64,000 nt of DNA, from positions 35,216,001 to 35,280,000 of the forward strand of contig OX597833.1 in NCBI GenBank assembly GCA_951406725.2. Direction: 5' to 3'. Shown piece after piece: positions 13,430 through 26,798 of the stretch. The notes beneath the pieces were generated by a model. That model ran no database searches and had not been told where the DNA came from. It saw only the letters and a program-made list of their open reading frames with translations. The first letter of the stretch is position 1, and each line of letters opens with the position of its first letter. The position numbers and the translations under genes were made by a program. The DNA comes from Octopus vulgaris. Lineage: Eukaryota.

Positions 13430-13645
13430 GGGCAAGCCAGCAAAACCTTAGCAAGCCGGGCAGAGTGCAAATGCGGTATTTCGTCCCTATTATGTTGTAA
13501 ATTTAAATTACGCAGAACTCGATTTCACCCTTCATCCTTTCGGGGGTCGATTAAAATAAGCACCAGTTGGACACTAAGTTCAATGTAATCGACGTAGCAG
13601 CACCCACCACGAACTTGCTGGCCTTGTGCCAAAATTTGAAAGCAA
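13430..13645 (+). mobile_element. Type A SINE
   Basis: Decayed head, CCCTTCATCCTTTCGGGGGTCGATTAAAATAAG and GGCCTTGTGCCAAAATTTGAAA tail. Confidence 0.8.
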
Positions 13646-13827
13646 TATACAGAAACACATATATCCCTATATGGAAATATATACATCTTAAAAGGTCTAC
13701 ACCGCGTATACGTTCAAACAGGCATTCGTGTACCACCACATACTGACAGATAGACACTCATCCATACATGTATACATTCATACAAACATACACACACACA
13801 AAAACACACACACATATATATATATAT

Positions 13828-14010
13828 AATTATAATTTAAGGTATCTAAGAGACACCACCACGTTGGAAAAAGCAGCCAAAACTTGACTCTAAAACCACA
13901 TTAAATATTCATACAGCACCGAGGTATGAATATTTAATGTGGTTTTAGAGTCAAGTTTTGGCTGCTATTTCTAGCGTTGTGGTATCTCTTAGATACCCTG
14001 AATTATAATT
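13828..14010. repeat. Fold-back inverted repeat (~87 bp arms, 9 nt spacer), probable Penelope-like element inverted end
   Basis: 13828-13914 is the reverse complement of 13924-14010 with a few mismatches; it directly follows (TA)n. Confidence 0.85.
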
Positions 14011-14162
14011 TTAATAATAATTATTACCTTTGAAGGATTTTATTTCCATGCTGACCACTTGATAAGATCGATATTTAAATTAACGATCTTATCATTATTT
14101 ATATAAATATATATATATGTATATATATATGTAGGTATATATAAAAGAAAACATATTGCGAC

Positions 14163-14658
14163 ACAGGCAGGGCCGTGTGGTTAGAAATTTGCTTCCCAAG
14201 TACATGATTCCGTGTTCACTTCTACTGCGCTGCACCTTGAGGTAGTGTCTTCCACTACAACCTAGGACCGACCAAAACCTTGTTAACAGATTTGGCAGAC
14301 GGACACTAAAAAAGAGCAATTCATATATATATATTTATATATATATGTGTGTGTATGTGTATTTGTGTGTGTGTGCGTGCGCGCGTGTATGTACATATAC
14401 TGATATATATATATATGTATATCGGTATATCTGCATATATATATGTACGCTGACATGCATACACACACATACACACATACATACATACATACACACACAC
14501 ATATCTCTCTATCTATATATATATACATTCTTTTATTCGTTTATCTCTTCCATTCTTTTTTGACTATGCCCATGCTGGAGCACCGCCTTCTTAGTCGAAG
14601 AAATCGACCCCTGGACTTATTTCTTACCATACACCCACACCTGCGCCTACATATATGT

Positions 14659-14747
<89 letters not shown>

Positions 14748-14816
14748 GTATGTATATATATATATATATATGTATGTATATGTATGTATGTATATATGTA
14801 TGTATGTATGTATGTA

Positions 14817-14867
<51 letters not shown>

Positions 14868-15118
14868 TTTCATTTACTTGTTGCATTCATTAAACTGCGG
14901 CCATGGTGGGGCACTGCCTTGAAGAATCGAATGGATCGATCTCAGTATTTGTTTTACTTTTACTATTTTATTTGAAATCTGGTATTTCTGTCGAATACTT
15001 ATGCCGAACCGCTAAGTTTCGAGCATATAGGCATAGGAACGTCGACTGTCAAGCGGTGGTGGGGGACAAACACACACGCATATATATGTGTATATATATA
15101 TACACATATACATACACG

Positions 15119-15183
<65 letters not shown>

Positions 15184-15355
15184 GCGCGTGTGTGTTTACG
15201 ACTGGTTTCTCTTAGTTTCCGTCTGCCAAATCCACTCACTTCTCTTGGCATAGGGCTGTACACGAAAACACTTGCTCAAGGTGCCACGTAGAGGTACCGA
15301 ACACGGATCCATGTAGCTGTGAAGCAAAGTGCTAACCACACAACAACACCTGTGC
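14163..15355. mobile_element. Type B SINE copies (14163-14315 + head; 14550-14625 - tail; 14870-15355 - with internal microsatellite)
   Basis: Diverged matches to the 15448-15850 copy. Confidence 0.75.
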
Positions 15356-15447
15356 TTATGCACACAAACAAACAGACACGCACACACATCCATGAATATA
15401 TGTATATATGTAAATATATAAATATAAGTTCATATTATTAAGCATAT

Positions 15448-15850
15448 GGCGCAGGAGTGGCTGTGTTGTAAGTAGCTTGTTTACCAGCCACATGGTTCCG
15501 GGTTCAGTCCCACTGCGTGGCACCTTGGGCAAGTGTCTTCTACTATAGCCTCGGGCCGACCAAAGCCTTGTGAGTGGATTTGGTAGACGGAAACTGAAAG
15601 AAGCCTGTCGTATATATGTATATATGTATATAAGTGTGTGTGTTTGTGTGTCTGTGTTTGTCCCCCTAGCATTGCTTGACAACCGATGCTGGTGTGTTTA
15701 TGTCCCCGTTACTTAGCGGTTCGGAAAAAGAGACCGATAGAAGTACTGGGCTTACAAAAAAATAGGTCCCGGGGTCGAGTTGCTCGATTAAAGGCGGTGC
15801 TTTAGCATGGCTGCAGTCAAATGACTGAAACAAGTAAAAGAGTAAAAGAG
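15448..15850 (+). mobile_element. Full-length type B SINE (tRNA head, CORE-like ACCTTGGGCAAGT, internal microsatellite, CR1-like 3' tail)
   Basis: GGCGCAGGAGTGGCTGTG (A-box-like), GGTTCAGTCCC (B-box-like), ending GGCGGTGCTTTAGCATGGCTGCAGTCAAATGACTGAAACAAGTAAAAGAGTAAAAGAG. Confidence 0.9.
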
Positions 15851-15955
15851 TATATATAATATAAATGGTACGTTATAAACATATGCATTCTATCACTCAC
15901 ATTTCCATACATACGTTCGTATACAGACACGCTCATACTCAAGCACACACACACA

Positions 15956-16065
<110 letters not shown>

Positions 16066-16431
16066 CAAGCACCTTTATAAACAATACATTGTACTGGACT
16101 CACTGATTGGAAACTATATCTGAAAACACAATAGAGAAATATGAAATTATCTGTGAAAATGAATTCGGACAAGACGGGTGTAGCATCTGTGTGTGTATGA
16201 CTTGGTGGTGTGCCTGTTACACACATATATGTATGTATTTCTGTTTGTACGCGCATATATCTATGCATATATACACATACACACAGAAATATGCACATCA
16301 TAGAATGTTAGGCAACGTGAAGACATTGAAAGCTGCACAAAATATACATACACACATACATACATACATACATACATACATACATACATACATACATACA
16401 TACATACATACATTCATACATACATACATAC

Positions 16432-17770
16432 AAGATAGAGTGACCCGAGAATATTACACCAGACTTGTCGCAGTCGGAACCCTCCTCTTACAACAAAGCA
16501 ATATCCCAGAATGCAGTTGCAATACCAGTGCCGATCTCAACATTTGGGATACTTGATTGGTGTGTAGAGGAAATCCACTCCATAGATATCAAAACCCGCA
16601 AAATTCTGACAACAACTGGGAACTTCCACGAAAAGTGTGATGTTGACAGGCTCTACCTAAGAAGAAATGAAGGTGATAGAGGCCTGAGATCAGTGCAGAC
16701 GGCCTTCGAATGCCGTATGGTATCACTCAGGCAGCAACTGCTAAACAGTAGTAACAAAAATAAATATATAAATGCAGTGAGCAACATTGTACGAGTTTGC
16801 ATTGAGCTCCTCAAGAGGCACTCTCTTCTTGATGATCCAAAGCAGCTAGGCTCTATCACCTCAGAGAAGACCTGAATGGAAAGCATTCAGCATACAAAAA
16901 AAAAAAAAAAAAAAATGACTATGTTGTCCGGAAGCTGGAAGAACACAGTAGAATTGACACGAAGCGCAGCCGCTTTTGGACACAAGACCACTAAATCACA
17001 CTTTTGAAGGCTATGCGTGTGCAATCTAGGAACAGGAGATTGCCACAAAGTACCGGGTGAACAAGAGAGACAGTGATGCTCTTGTGCAACCGCATGTGTA
17101 GGCTATGTCATGTTTCTGTGCAAGACTTCGTGTATGTGATTAGCAGCTGTCTAAAAATGTCGTCATAGTACTACTTCCATATGCGGCACGATATTGTTGC
17201 TAAAACAATTTACAATACCATCTGCAAAAATGACTGTTCTGAAATAAACTTAGAAAATCCCTCTGTTATGGAATACATTCATAAACACCAACTCAGGGAA
17301 TACTAGTGGAATATTCTCATCAAAACTTCTGTGAAATGCAAACATAACAAGCCGGATAGTGTTGTTTGTGACAGAGGGACAAAGCTATGTGCCGTCATAA
17401 TGGCCAGCTGCCCTGCAGATATCAATATCTCTTTGAAACTCAAAGAAAAAGAGAACAACTGCGTCGAAACCTCCAGCTTCTATATCCAGACTATGAATTC
17501 GTATTCATAACAAAAATAATTGGAGCACTAGGTTTTGTTAGTAAATGCTTAAAGAAGAATCTGGATAAACTAGGATTTTCAGAAAGAGAAACCGACTGGT
17601 TAATTCGTATATTACAAGTGCAATCTGTGAGTGGATCAGTAAAAATATGGAAGACTTTTCTCAAATTCCAAATGTGAATTTATCTGTGTTAACTACATCC
17701 CAAAGATGGGGCCCTGTATCTCCTTCTCCTCCGTGGAAGATTTATAACAATAAAGAAATAGAAGAGACAT
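16432..17770 (+). mobile_element. Degenerate 5'-truncated R4-clade-like RLE LINE adjoining (CATA)n
   Basis: TFGILDWCVEEIHSIDIKTRKILTTTGNFH..CDVDRLYLRRNEGDRGL, FEGYACAI.EQEIATKY, CRLC..H-like..SSC, MRHD, HNKPD, IIGALG, KIWKTFLKFQM*. Confidence 0.88.
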
Positions 17771-18202
17771 ACACATCGTGACAGCTTTCTCGTATACGAT
17801 CGAAGCCATTGTTAGAAAGAATCATTGAAATGCAATGTGAGGCCCTTATATAACTCTTACGCCCCTCCAAAGGTTTCCAGATTTTATTACATAATGCACA
17901 ACTGAGCTGACTGGCAGAAGGAAGCGGTCTCACAGATTGAAGTCATTTGACATGTCGTTTTAATCCTCTAACCGAACGACACGCCGTTTATATTTATATT
18001 TTATATTTATACATATATATAATTCCTTTTACATCCCCATGATGTTTTATATTTTTTATTTTTATTTTATATATTAAGAAGTGTTATATCTTATATATTT
18101 ATGTGTGTCTGTGTGTCTTTGTTTGTGTGTATGTGTGTGTATAAGTATATAAGGGGTAGATGGAACTCCTATGTTTAACATGCACACATACATACATACA
18201 TA

Positions 18203-18337
18203 CTAACGGGTGCTGAAAAGTTCCTGGCGTTGTCTAAAAGAAAATACAGGCGCATCAGTTAATTACGATTTTAATCAGCATACTCCCCTCTCCCATTCAC
18301 ACGAATTTTGCAGCGGTCCTTCAGTTTTTCTAAGCCG
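18203..18337 (-). mobile_element. One-ended fragment of the mariner MITE family seen at 11678-11888
   Basis: GGTGCTGAAAAGTTCCTGGC TIR and the reverse complement of the transposase C-terminal segment. Confidence 0.7.
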
Positions 18338-18569
18338 TGTACATAGATGAATAACGGACTCTCCCGTCGTTAGACGATATATGAGGGTTCAGCAATTTCC
18401 GAACAAGTGTACACAGCCATACAATATCCGAATAACCACACAAATGATTTGTTTATAGCGATAAAATGTTCACATAAGCTCACCCGCCTCAAAATGACAT
18501 GGCCCGCACGGTGCGCCACATGTCAGATGACGAAATAATATATATAAATATATATCTATATATCTATAT

Positions 18570-18645
18570 AATCGATTAAAGAACAGAAGATGGATGTATT
18601 ATTAAAGACTAACACCAAATCCGTCTTCTGTTTCCTTAATCGATT
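18570..18645. repeat. Imperfect 76-nt hairpin next to (TA)n
   Basis: AATCGATTAAAGAACAGAAGATGGAT pairs with ATCCGTCTTCTGTTTCCTTAATCGATT. Confidence 0.75.
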
Positions 18646-18834
18646 ACTATCTCAACTAACACTGCAAATGACATTGGGTAGCCCAAACCATGACAGTGCT
18701 TTACTCAACACATCACCACACTAATTGACATACTTATTAGCACGAAATATTACACACACACATACACACACGTAGACATATGTATACATGTATGTATGTA
18801 TGTATGTATGTATGTATGTATATATGTATGTATG

Positions 18835-18884
<50 letters not shown>

Positions 18885-18887
<3 letters not shown>

Positions 18888-19122
18888 TTTAATTGATAAA
18901 AAAACGGAGAAAAAGACACCAACGAAACAAAAACAACACAAGGACGTGATACATGCAAAGTATTCATATGACACTCAGAGAAAGAAAGAAACAAAGGAAG
19001 GTTGTTTTACGTTTCGAGCAAAGCTCTTCTTCAGAAACAGGAGACAAAGAAACACCAATAGAAAAGGAAGATGGAAGAAAAAATCACTAACAATCCACAT
19101 GTATTTACATTCTGGAATATAA
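18885..19122 (-). mobile_element. Short Penelope-like/retrozyme-like element between (TA)n tracts
   Basis: Carries a minimal hammerhead and shares its layout with 62878-63062. Confidence 0.6.
19004..19038 (-). ncRNA. Minimal type I hammerhead ribozyme motif
   Basis: Minus strand GUUU-CUGAAGA-A-GAGC-UUU-GCUC-GAAA-CG-UA-AAAC: intact core, extra A after A9, 4-bp stems I and II, palindromic ACGU stem III, GUA cleavage triplet. Confidence 0.75.
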
Positions 19123-19149
19123 GTGTATATATATATATATATATATGGA

Positions 19150-19950
19150 TTAGCGAAACAATTATCAGAACGTATGAAAATATCCTTTTGATATTTGCGT
19201 CCATTTGTTTATCTTAGTTATAAACACACAAATGTCTTTTTTGTCTGGTGCCTGAAATATTTTAACGAATTCTTAAGTGATTTTGCCTGCTAAATTCAAA
19301 AGTAACTTCAGTTTGTCTCTATCAGGTCTAGTTTTCTGGCTAGACCTGATACAGTAAGTAGTTTATTCATACAAGAGGTATATAATATGAATCAATAAAG
19401 AGAGCGTAACAAAAAACAAAATACAAATAAAAATTCAAAATTGAAAATGCATATTTGCAAAGATTTTTGGCAGAAAATTCAAGGAATAAATTTTAGGCTT
19501 CTTTGTGCACCGTGAATGTTGAGCAACAGGAGTATCTCCTTTTAAACACAAGCAATGATCTGCTATCATCACAGCGTCCCAACGTCATTGGTACCGAATT
19601 TCCCTCTCTTTGATATCCTGATGGAATCGTTCGCCTTGCTCATCGCATACATCGAGATTTTCAGTAAAACGATCAAGATGACTAAAAAGATAGCGCATTT
19701 TGACCCTCGCCAATATCACGAAAAGTTGATATCAAGTTGGTAACAAGGTTTTTACAGTTTTCAATTTTGTGTTTTACAAGGAAATTTTACTCTACTTCTG
19801 CAAAGGCTAGCCAAGCTGATGCTTCATTTTCGCTCATCGCTTTCACGATAATTGTGTCCTTCAAGAGCTTACGGATCTGTGGTCCGTCAAAAATCCCTAC
19901 TTTAAGTTTTTCAACCATCAAGTCTGGAAATACTCTGCAGATATGTGTAA
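19150..19950 (-). mobile_element. 3' part of a Chapaev3-like (CMC superfamily) DNA transposon
   Basis: Minus strand ICRVFPDLMVEKLKVGIFDGPQIRKLLKD and DEQGERFHQDIKEREIRYQ.RWDAVMIADHC. The family assignment is from recalled motifs and needs a Dfam/Repbase check. Confidence 0.7.
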
Positions 19951-19954
19951 GGGC

Positions 19955-21052
19955 GTCTGATTGCTTTTTGTTCTCCTGTTAATTTCACGCTTTGTGTTGA
20001 CCATAACTGGGAGCAGTAGTCTAAGCAACTCAGCACGAATGTTATCCATAGTAGCAATATTGTTTCCTTTTTCTGTATTCTGAATGGTCACAGAATTCAA
20101 CGAACCAGTAGTTTGCCCGTTGATGCCATCTTAGTAATATACATATGGAATGATGAATGGCCACCCATGTGGATTAGCAGATCATGCGACGACACTAATC
20201 TTCGAATTACAGTACTCCTGATCCTGTGTGTTCCGATTGCAATCTGTGTGTGGATCGGTAGTCGTGTACTTCAAAGTTGTCAGCATTTAACTGTATATAG
20301 TTTTCTTCAGTTCACTTGTAAATCTTTCTGTAGTTGTACTCTATTATCCGAGTCCTGCGAAAAATACTTTTGCATCGGCATAACTGTTGAGAGTGGCTAA
20401 CTATATGGCTTTTGGAAAGTTCAAGAGAGCCACCCGGACAATAGGAGTCCCAATACAAGTTCCTTGAAAGGCTCTACTTAGCATCAATGTCATCTTAGAA
20501 AGAACACCACAAGCTGTGAATGTTTGGCTCCTATCATTTAAAATGTCATGCAGTCACTCCCCCAGTTTTCCGACGAGTCGCAGACTGTATGGCTTATGCA
20601 ATGTCCGGGAGAGCCACCACGAACGGTAGTAGTTCCAATACAGTTCCCTGGAAGACTCCGCTTAGTATTAATGTCATCTTCGTGGCTGCGAATGTCTGGC
20701 TCCTATTTTTTAAAATATCATGCAGCCACTCCCCTAGTTTTCCGACGATAAGAAGGAAAATGTAGTTTCTGACATATCTTGTAACCAACTTTATCAAAGA
20801 CCTTGGCAAAGTCGAGATATATCACAACCAAATTTAAGTGGATGAGCTCTTGTTTTAGTATTCATTCCTGATGCTAAAGAAGCTTTGTAAGGCAGTTCCT
20901 TTTTGGAAGGAAGCCATGATTTGTGTTACTGAGCAAATCATTTTCTTCTAGGAACGTGACCAACTTCCTTCTAAGAATGTGTTCTGTGGCTTTGCTGACA
21001 AGTGAGGTAAGAGAGACTGGCCAGTAATCTTTCGCATAAGATCTGCTCTCTC
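19955..21052 (-). mobile_element. Degenerate CR1-type LINE RT fragment with an internal tandem duplication
   Basis: DYWPVSLTSLVSKATEHILRRKLVTFLEENDLLSNTNHGF, IYLDFAKVFDKV, SGVFQGTVL, SYAD, LQKDL, LDYCSQLWS; about 20578-20750 duplicates about 20400-20580. Confidence 0.88.
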
Positions 21053-21638
21053 CTTATATAGATACATATAACATACATACATACATAATAGATAGATAGT
21101 TAGATAGATAGATAGATAGATAGATACATACATACATACATACATACATACATACATACATACATACATACATACATACACGCATATTTATATTTGCTCA
21201 TTAATACAGCAGAATACATCTCCATCTTAACGTTAAATTCACAAAATGGTCAAAAGAAAATTTAGGATCAAATGTATCTCCAGAAGGAGATGAGGAGCAG
21301 TGACATGGCCATCTCTGCTGACCACCAACGGGAGGGTGTTACAGTTCAGGGTCGAAACACCCGATGAACGTTGGATACCGTCTGTCGATATCAGTTCCTA
21401 CTAGCCAAGACTCCATTCACTTCGGTGAATGAATAAATCACTCCCCTATAGGTATTATTAGCGTAGCCCCCACACCCCCACCCACCCTCTTACACAATCA
21501 CACACAGATACGAACACACACACTCACAGTGACAGACAGGCAGACAGACTGACAGACAGAGATACACATATATCCCACCAGCTTGGGGAGACAGGGTCCG
21601 TTAGGGAGTTGCACAGAATCAGAATCGACTGTTTTGAG

Positions 21639-21691
<53 letters not shown>

Positions 21692-22672
21692 AGGTTGCCA
21701 TATTGCTTCTGTGCACTAAATTTTATTTCAGTCAGGGCATTAATCAGGTCGAGGATATAGTAGAAGACACTTGGCCAAGATACTACGCAATGAATCCGAA
21801 CTCAGAGCAACATGTTTACGGATCAAACGATACAGCTATGCTTGCAAATACTATATCACTAGATATGGTATTATAGAATCAATAGCTGAGTGGTCTAGGT
21901 CCTACATTTCGTTCACTGGGATTGTGGGTTTTAAGCTCTAACCATACGAACTTTACTCTGACATGAAAATAAGCATGCCCTACATCGTATTATGTTTTGT
22001 TGGAACTTTACCAACGAAGTCGTACAATAGTAGAATATTACTGATAAGTTGCATTTTCTATTTGGTTCCATAGTTAAGAGTCGTTACTTCTTAACGTAAT
22101 GTGAAAAATAATAGATGACGGCCCTCAAATTAAAAGAAGTGACAAGCGTATATGAAAGAATACGAATTTCAGAGATGTTGACTAACAAGATTGTGCAATT
22201 AATATTATTACTTATGTTGATTTTTAAAGAACAAAGTGTTAAAAAAAAAATTTCAAATGAATTTATGAATATATAGCTCTTTTATCTCGCTACCATGTTG
22301 TTCCGAAATAACTGTGAAACTTTTACGGGTATTGCCAGTATATGTATAAATGCGCATGTATTGATATATGAATATAAATACAAAGATACGTGCACATACA
22401 CATAAATACACATACATGCACGCACGCAGACATACACACCACCTCTTACACACGTATATATATATATATACATATATTTTTAATAATTTTGATATATATT
22501 TAAAATAATATAAATTAATTAATTTTATGTATTGGCTTAAGTTTTTCATTGTTTGATTTGCCTAATAGTGGTTTTATCTCTAATTTAATATAATATAATA
22601 TTTTACTATAAAATTGGATTCAATCCTAAATCTGATTTTTCCCTGTAAGTTTGGATTTATTCCCTAATATTT

Positions 22673-22740
<68 letters not shown>

Positions 22741-22814
22741 TTGAAATTTCGTGGGTGTTGTCTATCAAACAAAATGCCAGTCAAATACTGAAAGCTATTG
22801 AAATGATATTATGT

Positions 22815-23120
22815 CCTACTCTAGGCACAAGGCCTAAAATTGTGGGGGTGTTGGGCCAGTCGTTTATTAGATCCAAACTAGTACGCAACTGGTACTTAAT
22901 TTATCGACCCCGAAAGGACGAAAGGGCAAAGTGGACCTCGGCGGAATTGAACTTAGAGCATAAAGAGCGACGAAATACCGCTAAGCATTTCGCTCGGAGT
23001 GCTAACGCTTCTACCACCAGCTCGTCACCTGGCCATTAAAATATTACGTCTTCACTGGTCTGGTATTTTATCGACTGTGGTCAAATTTAAAGGTAAAATT
23101 AACCTCGGCAGGATTTGAAG
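22815..23120 (-). mobile_element. Type A SINE plus adjacent fragment
   Basis: ATCGACCCCGAAAGGACGAAAGGGCAAAG...GAAATACCGCTAAGCATTTCG...CCAGCTCGTCACC. Confidence 0.85.
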
Positions 23121-24106
23121 TGCCAGACAACATATCATAATGCATTCTGCTATTCCGCCACCGAAGACACGCAGACACACGCGCACACACATACACGCGC
23201 ACATGCATACATACATACATACATACATACATACATACATACATACATACATACATACAAACATACATACATACATACATACATACATGTATACATACAT
23301 GTATACATATATGCATACATATATACATACATGCATCCATACATGCATTCATACATTCATCTATACATACATGCATACATACATATGCACATACATACAT
23401 TGTATATATATATATACAGGCATACATGTATCTGTATGTATATATGTATATATATATATGTATCTATATCAATATCTATCTATCTGTACACACACACACA
23501 CACACTCACATACACAAACACACAAGCACAAACACACACACACACATACACGCATGCAGTCACGCACATACATACACTCACATATGTATATAGACGGATA
23601 GACAGATAATACGTATTCAAATCTTATTTACCAATATATATGAATGCGTGTATATATGTGTGTGCTTATATGTGTGTATGTGTATGTGTATCTATGGATA
23701 TGTTTATATACGTATGCATATGTGTGAGTGTGTGTGTGAATGTATATAAACCGTAATAATTAATTTAATTTAAATCCAATTGTAAAAGAAATTTTATTTT
23801 ACACTCATCAAATCAGTAAATTTAGATAACGTTAACAAAAAGTGAAAATCGTTTTTTATCCTTTCACCCCCTCCTTCCACTGTCACCTTCTACAATATCA
23901 GTGACTCTTGCACGTTCAACCGTCCTCCTTCTTTTTTTCATCATTTCAACTGTCGTCTGCTTTAACGAATGTTTTTTTCGAAGGCGGGAAAAGAGTGAAA
24001 GAAAAATAAAAATATACAACATTATATATATAATATATATATTATATATCAATATATATTTGTTGTATACACAACATATATATATATATATTATATATTT
24101 ATTTGT

Positions 24107-24154
<48 letters not shown>

Positions 24155-24338
24155 CTATATATTTATTTGCTGTATATATATATATATTATTTATTTATTT
24201 GTTGTATATATATATATACATACGTGCATATATATACATACCAACACGCACACACTCAGACACACATCTATGTATATATACGTATGTGTGTGTGTGTAAA
24301 ACCGAGTACACAAAGAAAGAGAAGAAAGAAAGAAAGAG

Positions 24339-24385
<47 letters not shown>

Positions 24386-24606
24386 AAAGGAAGATATTAC
24401 TAACGTCATGATGGCAGCGTATTTAGTTCAGCTGAGAAAGACAAGTCACACGAAACTCTTTTTTATGTTTCTTGAGGTCTGTATATGCAGATAAGTTAAT
24501 GTTTTAGTCTATTTTGTTTTACAAGTAAACTTTATCTTGGGATTTTAATAGGCGTGTTAATGGGACGTATTAAACATGTACACTCATACAAACTTACCTA
24601 AATATA

Positions 24607-24724
<118 letters not shown>

Positions 24725-25459
24725 TGTGTTTGTGTGTTTGTGTATTTGCACATCGTTTTAGCTTATAGCAAGTAAAGTTATGAAAGAAAGTTTGGAAGAG
24801 AATAGCTAACCGCCAACATTTTTGAAAGAGAATTAATGAAAAATTATCGTTATACATATACACACAAAGATTCACATGCATACATACAAAGACACACACT
24901 CATATACATACGAACATATAGTGCATCTACATATAGGTATATGTAGCTGCACACATACCCATACGATGTACCTGCCAGTTTTCACATTTATATGCATTAT
25001 GTATAAAGAAGTACATATTAAATTTGATTAACTTTCTCAATCAGTCTGCTAACTAAAACCTGCTCTTCGTAACATTCTCCAAAATCTTTTTTATCTCCTC
25101 ACTCGGCAATGTTAGAACCTCTTTCGCAGCATGTCTGAGCGGTTTGCAATTTTCTGCTGCTCAATTTTGCAACCGTAAACTTTAAATATTCAAAGTAGCC
25201 TGAATAAACCGACGTCATCAAACTTTCTTATATAAATATATTTGATTCTAAATTTCTCCTAGAATTCTTTATCAGATAATGTTTAAATTGGCGTTAACAT
25301 ATGCCATATATGCTAAGTATTTACAGATTGTGATAATACATATACATACGTATATCTATATTTATGTACATATCTATTAATCTTTCTCTCTCTGTCTCTC
25401 TCTGTCTCTCTCTGTCTCTCTCTTGCTCTCTTACTCAGTACATACGGACACATACATGC

Positions 25460-25572
<113 letters not shown>

Positions 25573-25745
25573 CGTGTGTATGTGTTTGCTTAGAGTAATT
25601 ATTTTACAGTAATTCAGAAATTAACATCAGAATATTTACAGATAGAGGGACTAAGTGCAAAAAGAACAGCCAAGTATATTCAAAGCTACGTTATGAAATG
25701 AAATTTAAGTTATGTCTGTCTGTCTGCCTCTCTCTTTCTGTATCT

Positions 25746-25865
<120 letters not shown>

Positions 25866-25877
25866 CTATATATATAT

Positions 25878-26035
25878 GCAGGCGTGGCCCTCTGGTAAGA
25901 AGCTTGTTTCCCGATCACCTTCTATAGTCTCGGGCTAACCAGAGTTTTGTGAGTAGATTTGGTAGAAGAAAACTGAAAGAAGCTCGTCATATATATTATA
26001 TGTGAGTGTGTGTGTTTGTGTGTGTGCGTATGTAT

Positions 26036-26069
<34 letters not shown>

Positions 26070-26220
26070 CGGTGTGTGCGTGTGTGCGCGTGTGTGACTG
26101 TCTTTGTGTTTGTCCTCCGCCACAGCTTCATAACCACTAGAAAAATGCATGACTATAAACTCTCCTAAGCGGTATCCCAGCATGGCTGTAGTCTAATGAC
26201 TACCAACTTCATTGAAACAT
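25878..26220 (+). mobile_element. Type B SINE, internally deleted
   Basis: GCAGGCGTGGCCCTCTGGTAAG head, GATTTGGTAGAAGAAAACTGAAAGAAG and CCCAGCATGGCTGTAGTCTAATGACT tail. Confidence 0.75.
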
Positions 26221-26304
26221 TTATTATTTGGTGTCCAAACTTCCATACCAATTGCAATAACCTGGTGACTGACAGACCCACTTCAACTCTGTCTTTCTCT
26301 TTCA

Positions 26305-26356
<52 letters not shown>

Positions 26357-26383
26357 AATACATACATACATGCATACATATAC

Positions 26384-26414
<31 letters not shown>

Positions 26415-26719
26415 TACACATACTGAAAGGGTGGTTTTCTCTGAAATTAAAATACTTATGCAAAAACTTGGCTATCCCCACTTTTAAACCAAGCTTTTCA
26501 TAAGCAAATATATATATTTATACATACCCAACAACAAAAATAAAAACCTGCATACTTACGATTTCATATATTTCTTTGCCTAACAGAGTCTATGTCTGCA
26601 TCTGTGCATTTAAATGTGTATATATATGTATGCATATACGCATGGATATGCATTCATCCATACATACATACATACATACATACATGCAAACTTACATATA
26701 TATGTATATATGTATAAGT

Positions 26720-26798
<79 letters not shown>

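Noticed and set aside
21330-21365. GGGTGTT...GAAACACCC hairpin as a type III hammerhead
   Set aside because: There is no CUGANGA and no room for stems I and II between the arms.
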